Part shown: positions 1-4,371 of the stretch, one piece after another
How positions within the stretch are numbered: the first letter of the stretch is position 1
Layout: every line of letters begins with the position of its first letter
DNA from: a virus
Taxonomy: Duplodnaviria > Heunggongvirae > Uroviricota > Caudoviricetes
Direction: 5' to 3' (one strand)
DNA: 4,371 bases
Virus record (IMG/VR): IMGVR_UViG_2537561992_000028
Coordinates: 1-4,371 of that record
Notes under the pieces: model-generated
Told to the model about the DNA's origin: nothing
Seen by the model: the letters and a program-made list of their open reading frames with translations, nothing else
Databases searched by the model: none
Translations under genes and position numbers: made by a program

Positions 1-168
1 AACCACACGACCACAGAGACAGCACTGCCCGGCATCCCTGAGCCAGATATGACGCTTGAGGGAAACACGTGCACTGCCACTGACACGACGCTGTTCACCC
101 TTCAGAATATTCACCCGCCGGGTGTTCAGAGTTTTGATTCTGCCCGGTAACGTACGAAGCACAGCCAT
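1..168 (-). CDS. HNH endonuclease-like protein, N-terminal part only (gene runs off the left edge of the window)
   Basis: ATG at 168-166 with GAGGA 6 nt upstream. Translation is MAVLRTLPGRIKTLNTRRVNILKGEQRRVSGSARVSLKRHIWLRDAGQCCLCGRVV..., open to the window edge. The W-x-R-D stretch followed by C-x2-C is the usual start of the zinc-binding core of phage terminase-associated HNH nucleases. Not in the ORF track because it has no stop inside the window. Confidence 0.45.
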   Translation of the reverse strand, partial: MAVLRTLPGRIKTLNTRRVNILKGEQRRVSGSARVSLKRHIWLRDAGQCCLCGRVV

Positions 169-209
169 GTAAAATCCTCTCCATATAGCTTGTCACCAGA
201 GGAAAGAAA

Positions 210-395
210 ATGTCATCGAAAAACCGGACCCGCAGAACCACAATCCGCAATATCCGTTTCCCCAATCACATGATTGAACAGCTCAATATCGCCCTTGAAC
301 ATAAAGGTTCCGGTAACTTTTCAGCGTGGGTTATTGAAGCCTGCAGAAGAAGGCTGTCAACAGAGCGTTCGGGTATGAATTACATAATTAAGTAA
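210..395 (+). CDS. Small ribbon-helix-helix-like (DUF3950/YlcI-like) protein, 61 aa
   Basis: ATG at 210 with GAGGA at 199-203 (6-nt spacer). Basic N-terminus, then a predicted beta-strand (IRNIRFPNHMIEQL) and helix (NIALEHKGSGNFSAWVIEACRRR), the pattern of Arc/CopG-type RHH DNA binders. Diverges from the HNH gene; a similar small protein sits here in DLP12-type prophages (from memory). Confidence 0.5.
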   Translation: MSSKNRTRRTTIRNIRFPNHMIEQLNIALEHKGSGNFSAWVIEACRRRLSTERSGMNYIIK

Positions 396-500
396 CATGG
401 TGTTCACAGAACACACAGTTACCGGACACATCAGTTTTCCATTCGTCCCCCGGCAGTACAGGCTTCCCGTCTGACGGGATAGCCTGAAAAACACAGAAAA

Positions 501-665
501 TTATTTGTTATAATTAATATAACTTAACTCAAAAAAAAGCGACGAGAAAATCAGCATCAACGAGCAATAAGCGCCAATACGTGATAACAAATGGCAGCCA
601 TATTTATCTGCAGTATAAGCAATGGACAGGATAACCACACCAGAAACCGTCAGCATAAAATCCAT
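501..665 (-). CDS. Hypothetical small membrane protein (54 aa, two hydrophobic segments) in an AT-rich island
   Basis: ATG at 665-663 with GGGGAAG about 6 nt upstream. Translation MDFMLTVSGVVILSIAYTADKYGCHLLSRIGAYCSLMLIFSSLFFELSYINYNK. The track's 60-aa version starts at a TTG. AT-rich codons; could be spurious. Confidence 0.2.
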   Translation of the reverse strand: MDFMLTVSGVVILSIAYTADKYGCHLLSRIGAYCSLMLIFSSLFFELSYINYNK

Positions 666-806
666 TTGAACTTCCCCGGACAAAATCGACTCATCTAAAG
701 ATTTACAGCTCTTTTTATTATCAATATGTTAAAAGTAAAATAAACAGATGTTCAATAATACGAATACAAAAACGTGCTGAAAATCAATGAATCCATTTCT
801 GTGTTA

Positions 807-1061
807 TCAATTAATAGTGATAAACATCCGGCTTCTTCCACCATCGCACCGGACCAGCGACCATGAGGGGACAACGCCGCGCTCCGTTAACGCGGTAAAC
901 CCCGGTGTGTATCGTTTTTGATTATCCCCGCACACTCGCGCAGAGGATTCTCCCGGTCGGGCTGCGGTCTCTGTTAATGCAGGAATACGGCGACAATACC
1001 GCGCATGAATAATAAGGTCGCTCAACACACTGGCTGTAATGCAGCGGATACCATGCGGCAT
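807..1061 (-). CDS. Hypothetical ORF (84 aa); no Shine-Dalgarno, possibly a frameshifted continuation of the ORF at 1022-1246 or non-coding
   Basis: Open frame with ATG at 1061 but no SD-like sequence upstream. Overlaps the 3' end of the upstream ORF in a different frame. Arg/Cys-rich, GC-rich translation. Confidence 0.2.
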   Translation of the reverse strand: MPHGIRCITASVLSDLIIHARYCRRIPALTETAARPGESSARVCGDNQKRYTPGFTALTERGVVPSWSLVRCDGGRSRMFITIN

Positions 1062-1246
1062 TTAGCGGCATTCATCGTACACTCAACGGTTAGCTCTTCA
1101 TTCGTGGCATTCACCTGAAAGGTCCGGGAGTGTAATTGCGTACATTTACCACTGAACGAACCTTCAACAAGAACACGACCACGCTGCAAAATACGGAACG
1201 GAATTGTTCCCTGAAAAGGCTTTACGGTTACCAATAATTTCTTCAT
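1022..1246 (-). CDS. Hypothetical protein (74 aa from the ATG) directly downstream of Rz
   Basis: ATG at 1246-1244 with GGAGA 5 nt upstream, 23 nt after the Rz stop. Translation MKKLLVTVKPFQGTIPFRILQRGRVLVEGSFSGKC.... The track's start at 1264 is a TTG. No recognisable family. Confidence 0.35.
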   Translation of the reverse strand: MKKLLVTVKPFQGTIPFRILQRGRVLVEGSFSGKCTQLHSRTFQVNATNEELTVECTMNAAKCRMVSAALQPVC

Positions 1247-1269
1247 GCATTCTCCGAATAACAAAAATA

Positions 1270-1728
1270 CTAGTTAATACACTGAGTGCGGATATATTCC
1301 TGAAGCATTCTCAATGCTGCCTGGTCGCTGATGATTCCGTCTCTGATACCGAGAACGTTTCGTCCAGCAACCGGAGAGAGTTCGACGGCGGCATCATTGC
1401 CCACGCCGGAGGTGCCGGTGGCTTCACGCACGGTACCGGGGCAGGTGGCGTTGATCCGCAGGCGCTTACGACCAGCGGCAACATCAGCACGCAGAGTTTC
1501 ATTTTCAGCTCTCGCATCGGCTAATTCCCTCGAGTATTTTGCATCGAGCGCAGCAACATCGCGCTGGCGCACCTGCATATCAGTAATGGTTGCGTTTGCC
1601 AGATCCAGCTCACTGGCTTTTTTATCGCGCTGCGCTTTGTAGGTGATGGCGTTATCGCGGTAATGATTCAGCCCCAGACTAAGCGCACCACAGACCACCA
1701 GCAGAATAACGGTAAACGCGGAAAGCAT
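1270..1728 (-). CDS. Rz: Rz i-spanin (inner-membrane spanin subunit), 152 aa
   Basis: Translation from ATG 1728: [96 protein letters not shown].... This is near-collinear with lambda Rz as I recall it ([38 protein letters not shown]), with an N-terminal TM segment and a coiled-coil periplasmic domain. The track's 207-aa ORF is an in-frame upstream extension from a TTG with no homology support. Confidence 0.85.
   Translation of the reverse strand: MLSAFTVILLVVCGALSLGLNHYRDNAITYKAQRDKKASELDLANATITDMQVRQRDVAALDAKYSRELADARAENETLRADVAAGRKRLRINATCPGTVREATGTSGVGNDAAVELSPVAGRNVLGIRDGIISDQAALRMLQEYIRTQCIN
1311..1517 (-). CDS. Rz1: Rz1 o-spanin (outer-membrane lipoprotein spanin subunit), embedded in Rz in the +1 frame
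   Basis: [44 protein letters not shown].... Signal peptide with lipobox VSAC and a proline-rich mature part, matching lambda Rz1 (MLKLKMMLCVMMLPLVVVGC...CVKPPPPPAW). Lies wholly inside Rz, the lambda-type embedded arrangement. Confidence 0.75.
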   Translation of the reverse strand: MRELKMKLCVLMLPLVVSACGSTPPAPVPCVKPPAPPAWAMMPPSNSLRLLDETFSVSETESSATRQH

Positions 1729-1739
1729 TCGGTTTATGC

Positions 1740-1871
1740 TCACCCCAGCAGCCCCGACGAAGACAACATCATCCAGCCCATGGAAAGAAAAAGAGCAACC
1801 AGCATTAGTGAAAATGAAATGCCGACGATTACACAGAGGATCTTCGCCAGCATTATGAGTTTGTCTGACAT
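1740..1871 (-). CDS. Hypothetical small hydrophobic protein (43 aa) just upstream of Rz
   Basis: ATG at 1871-1869 with AAGGGG 5 nt upstream; TGA stop at 1742-1740, 11 nt before the Rz ATG. Translation [43 protein letters not shown], one long hydrophobic segment. Below the 60-aa cutoff of the ORF track; found by hand translation. Confidence 0.35.
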   Translation of the reverse strand: MSDKLIMLAKILCVIVGISFSLMLVALFLSMGWMMLSSSGLLG

Positions 1872-2041
1872 AGCTACCCCTTAATTGCCACAATTCACTG
1901 GGATACTACCCATAAAAAAGGGATGCTCCAGACCAGCAAAAATTTCCAGTTTGGTAATTGACTAATCATGAGTCGCAACTCCCTAATCAGTTTGCTAAAA
2001 TCAATCAAGGCAGCCTCCCATAGCTTACTGCCATAAACATA

Positions 2042-2078
2042 AAACCCCGTTTGCAACCAACAAACGGGGTTTTTACTT
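2042..2078 (+). terminator. Intrinsic (rho-independent) terminator hairpin in the endolysin-Rz gap
   Basis: Perfect 12-bp stem aaaccccgtttg (2042-2053) / caaacggggttt (2061-2072) with 7-nt loop. Followed on the plus strand by tt-ac-tttt-att, and on the minus strand by a shorter T-run. Looks stronger for rightward transcription but could act both ways. Confidence 0.6.
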
Positions 2079-2163
2079 TTATTCACTTGGGTTTTGCCAG
2101 TTCGCAGGATTTCGTGTTATCTGCCCGCGTTGGCCAACGTCATTTTTAAGCAAAATATTCTGC

Positions 2164-2697
2164 TTATCTGTCGATACCCCAGCACGCCAGCGCACTTTCC
2201 TGATCTCGCCGGGATACCTGACCGTAGCAATTATTTGAGCGGATACGGCAGTCTCTGCCACCGTCCTTAATCCACCAGCGAATCGCTTCGCAGGCACCTT
2301 TTCGATCACCTGCATTAATTCGTTTATAAAACGTCGACGGGAAACACTTACCGGGGCCAATGTTATACGGACAGAATGACGCGATCCCCGCTTTCTGGGG
2401 TTCGGTCAGCGGCACTTTGATGTTTTTCTCCACCCATGCCAGCGCCTTGTCACGTTCGATGGCGTTAACCTGGTCGCATTTTTCCTTCGTCAGTTTCATG
2501 CCAGGAATAACAGGCTTACCATCCACCCGGGTGGCTCCACGGCAGATGGTCCAGATACCCGCACCATCACGGTATGCCGTGGTGTGGTTACCTTCCTTTT
2601 CATCCAGAAACTGGTCGAGGATTTCAGGCGCAGACGCCCCTGCACCAATCAGCGCCAGAACGGCAGCCGACAGGCCGTATTTGATTTTTGCGTTCAT
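2164..2697 (-). CDS. R: SAR endolysin (signal-anchor-release lysozyme, glycoside hydrolase family 24)
   Basis: 177-aa ORF MNAKIKYGLSAAVLALIGAGASAPEILDQFLDEKEGNHTTAYRDGAGIWTICRGAT.... The Gly/Ala-rich weakly hydrophobic N-terminus is a typical SAR domain. The catalytic motif E-x8-D-x5-T (EGNHTTAYRDGAGIWT) is that of T4/P21-type lysozymes. No strong SD upstream. Confidence 0.9.
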   Translation of the reverse strand: MNAKIKYGLSAAVLALIGAGASAPEILDQFLDEKEGNHTTAYRDGAGIWTICRGATRVDGKPVIPGMKLTKEKCDQVNAIERDKALAWVEKNIKVPLTEPQKAGIASFCPYNIGPGKCFPSTFYKRINAGDRKGACEAIRWWIKDGGRDCRIRSNNCYGQVSRRDQESALACWGIDR

Positions 2698-2827
2698 GGA
2701 TATTTATCAGGATTTATCGGTTCCGAATCCCTGGATATGTTAAGCCTTCACCCCACCAGTGGTGGGCACTGGCGGGTTCTTAATTTCCCCGGATGATCGT
2801 GGATTACATTCCACCAGGAGATTACTT

Positions 2828-3460
2828 ATGCTTATCTATCCAGCGGCAGACCTCCGTTTACAGGGACGCAGAGCACAACCATGGGATAAAACAACCACTC
2901 ATAAATATCGTCCCGGTCAATATTATGACTTTCGTAAACACCCGGAACTGATCGAGACACACCTTGAGGATTTTGTTGAATATTCAGACAGACAAGCGAT
3001 TCAGACCTTTTTTTCTTTTGTTAAGTGGATCAACAGCAATTCATCTGCATTCGAGAGCACGGACTGCATGTTTTCAGGAACACCAAAGGTTGATGAATAC
3101 GCCCCGGTATTTGGTTGCACCCATGCGTCATCTGGCCGCTTCGAATTTTTGTTTCGCGATACGAAAATAAACCAAAATGAGCGAGCTGTCGGATGGGTAC
3201 TTAACAAACTATCGCTCTACCTTCAGAAAGAACGGCCCGATTTTTGTAAAGGAACCTTTGGCATCGTTCCCCTCATGACGGAATATACCGACTCCGGCGG
3301 TAACGAGTTCACCGGTTATCGTATTTGTGTCTATTTCGATGCTTACGGGAATGGAACAGAGGATACCTGGACTTCTCTCAACATCATGTTTGATGGCCTC
3401 ATGAAAGCCACCAAAAGAATGAGCAATGAAACAATCACTGGCGAGATGCGTCCCCTTTAA
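2828..3460 (+). CDS. Hypothetical protein of unknown function (210 aa), convergent with the late operon
   Basis: ATG at 2828 with AGGAG at 2816-2820 (7-nt spacer). About 127 codons (2828-3208) not shared with any other long frame. TAA at 3458-3460, followed by a short hairpin and T7 run. The track's 233-aa version starts at a GTG at 2759. No recognisable motif. Confidence 0.45.
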   Translation: MLIYPAADLRLQGRRAQPWDKTTTHKYRPGQYYDFRKHPELIETHLEDFVEYSDRQAIQTFFSFVKWINSNSSAFESTDCMFSGTPKVDEYAPVFGCTHASSGRFEFLFRDTKINQNERAVGWVLNKLSLYLQKERPDFCKGTFGIVPLMTEYTDSGGNEFTGYRICVYFDAYGNGTEDTWTSLNIMFDGLMKATKRMSNETITGEMRPL

Positions 3461-4000
3461 AAAATTATCCAGAATCTCACTATTTGCAGAGCGCTCTCTG
3501 TTTTTTTGAATACGGAAACACTCTGCGAGATTTCTGCTCATCACTTTCCGGCAATAATCGTAAAACGCCGCGAACTGCTCATCACGGCGTTTTTTTTCAC
3601 CTTCGGAAGGGATCTGCACCGACAGTTTTTTATTCAGTTCAACGACGCTGTTCTCCAGTTTTTCAATGCGTGATTCGATATCATCTTTTTCTGACTGTAT
3701 CGTGTTATATGCATTGTTAATTTGTATGGTATACCGCTCTTCTGAACAGAGGCGCTTTTCCGGCAACGGTTCGTTCCCTTCACATAACCCGGCAGCAATA
3801 TCCATGAAAAACTGCTTCGCCTTCTTTTTCGCCTCAGCTTCGTAAAACTCCAGCGGGGCACCTTCAACACGATCAAGATCAATCACCACATTTGGCAACA
3901 ACAGTGACGTATACCCACCAGTTTCCAGCGCCACAGTAACAGTAATCTTATCCGGGTAAATATTTATCCCTTTAACAACCAGTTCGTATTGTTTATTCAT
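3209..4000 (-). CDS. Hypothetical protein of unknown function (263 aa), directly downstream of and translationally coupled to the holin
   Basis: ATG at 4000-3998, 3 nt after the holin TAG, with GGGGAGAG overlapping the last holin codons. About 180 codons (3461-4000) not shared with the plus-strand ORF. Predicted beta-rich N-terminus, central charged helical/coiled-coil stretch (EKDDIESRIEKLENSVVELNKKL), and a C-terminal part that overlaps the convergent ORF. No recognisable catalytic motif. Confidence 0.55.
   Translation of the reverse strand: MNKQYELVVKGINIYPDKITVTVALETGGYTSLLLPNVVIDLDRVEGAPLEFYEAEAKKKAKQFFMDIAAGLCEGNEPLPEKRLCSEERYTIQINNAYNTIQSEKDDIESRIEKLENSVVELNKKLSVQIPSEGEKKRRDEQFAAFYDYCRKVMSRNLAECFRIQKNRERSANSEILDNFLKGTHLASDCFIAHSFGGFHEAIKHDVERSPGILCSIPVSIEIDTNTITGELVTAGVGIFRHEGNDAKGSFTKIGPFFLKVER
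3486..3507 (+). terminator. Weak terminator-like hairpin plus T7 run 3' of the plus-strand ORF (lies inside the minus-strand ORF)
   Basis: cagag (3487-3491) / ctctg (3496-3500) 5-bp stem with 4-nt loop, then ttttttt at 3501-3507, starting 26 nt after the TAA at 3458-3460. Stem is short, so function is uncertain. Confidence 0.3.
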
Positions 4001-4003
4001 CGT

Positions 4004-4210
4004 CTACTCTCCCCGCGCCGCCTTACGACGGTCCTCTCTGATTTTGAAATACAGGTTAGTAAGATACGTCAGCAGGCCAAACAGCAGACTCCCCAGCACA
4101 CCTATCGCCACCCACTGGGACGGAGAGACTTTGTCCAGCAGCTGCAGTAACCAGTATCCCGTCCCCACCGCTGACGTGGTGTATGACACACCTGTTGTGA
4201 TTTTTTCCAT
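4004..4210 (-). CDS. S: Class II holin (pinholin, phage 21 S-like)
   Basis: 68-aa [71 protein letters not shown]. Near-collinear with the phage 21 S holin as I recall it (...[14 protein letters not shown]...[22 protein letters not shown]). Two TM segments; GGAG about 11 nt upstream. Confidence 0.9.
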   Translation of the reverse strand: MEKITTGVSYTTSAVGTGYWLLQLLDKVSPSQWVAIGVLGSLLFGLLTYLTNLYFKIREDRRKAARGE

Positions 4211-4254
4211 CTGATGTATGTCTCCGTCACCGCCGACAGAAAATGAAAGTAAAG

Positions 4255-4290
4255 AAAAACAAAAAAACCGCCAGTGTCACCCACTGACGG
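4255..4290 (-). terminator. Strong intrinsic terminator upstream of the holin, probably the late-leader terminator (tR' equivalent) read through by Q antitermination
   Basis: Minus-strand stem ccgtcagtg / cactggcgg (9 bp, one G-U pair, 5-nt loop) at 4268-4290, followed by T7-G-T5 (complement of 4255-4267), about 45 nt upstream of the holin ATG. The tR' assignment is by analogy with lambda and phage 82. Confidence 0.6.
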
Positions 4291-4371
4291 CCAACTCCGG
4301 GAGCCGTGATTATGGCATTCAGGCTCTGCTAAAAATGCCAGATAACATTCCGGCCTCCCCTGATTCAGGTT

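Noticed and set aside
430-470. Hairpin cccgt-ctg-acggg after the RHH-like gene as its terminator
   Set aside because: No T-tract follows on either strand, so it is not a convincing intrinsic terminator.
840-1000. GC-rich block as a cos or pac site near the packaging genes
   Set aside because: No match to the lambda cosN sequence as I recall it, and no clear symmetry. Cannot be supported from sequence alone.
960-1270. Bor lipoprotein gene, expected on the plus strand after Rz
   Set aside because: Plus-strand frames here are interrupted by stops, and nothing resembles a lipoprotein signal or the Bor C-terminus. Not called.
1204-1642. Plus-strand ORFs 1204-1524 (106 aa) and 1331-1642 (103 aa)
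   Set aside because: Antisense to the well-supported Rz/Rz1 genes in a GC-rich stretch. Low-complexity Ala/Gly/Ser/Arg-rich translations typical of shadow ORFs.
1663-1884. Plus-strand ORF of 73 aa
   Set aside because: Antisense to the Rz N-terminus and the 43-aa ORF. No Shine-Dalgarno and no recognisable features.
1729-1893. N-terminal extension of the Rz ORF (track ORF 1270-1893, 207 aa)
   Set aside because: The extension begins at a TTG, has no homology to Rz, and overlaps the better-supported 43-aa ORF in another frame. Lambda-like Rz homology begins at the ATG at 1728.
1895-2086. Minus-strand 63-aa ORF spanning the gap hairpin
   Set aside because: Starts at a GTG and reads straight through the 12-bp terminator stem. 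Only the internal 24-aa ATG-initiated part with an SD is kept, as a speculative finding.
2079-2796. ORFs 2079-2360 (-), 2360-2743 (+) and 2584-2796 (+)
   Set aside because: All overlap the SAR endolysin coding region in alternative or antisense frames. The endolysin frame is strongly supported by the catalytic motif.
2964-3207. ORFs 2964-3170 (+) and 3001-3207 (-), 68 aa each
   Set aside because: Nested inside the longer 2828-3460 frame in other frames. No SD and no features.
3484-3882. ORFs 3484-3720 (+) and 3634-3882 (-)
   Set aside because: Alternative frames within the non-overlapping part of the 263-aa ORF. The shorter frames have no support.
4102-4284. Minus-strand 60-aa ORF overlapping the holin
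   Set aside because: Out of frame with the holin and runs through the upstream terminator hairpin. Spurious.

Overview
This window reads as the late (lysis) region of a lambdoid prophage from an enterobacterium, with the late genes on the minus strand. All family assignments rest on my recall of lambda and phage 21 proteins, not on any search. Reading right to left: a strong intrinsic terminator (tR'-like), a class II pinholin, an unknown 263-aa ORF sitting where the endolysin normally is, a convergent unknown 210-aa ORF on the plus strand, a SAR-type GH24 endolysin, a 435-bp gap holding a hairpin terminator and two short hydrophobic ORFs, embedded Rz/Rz1 spanins, two overlapping hypothetical ORFs, an AT-rich island, and a divergent pair made of a ribbon-helix-helix-like small protein (+) and the start of an HNH endonuclease (-). 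The most interesting feature is the roughly 1.3 kb segment (2698-4003) that separates holin from endolysin and carries the two unknown ORFs, which overlap tail-to-tail. I could assign no function to either, and which of them is real across the overlap is unresolved. I saw no tRNA, rRNA, CRISPR array or transposase.
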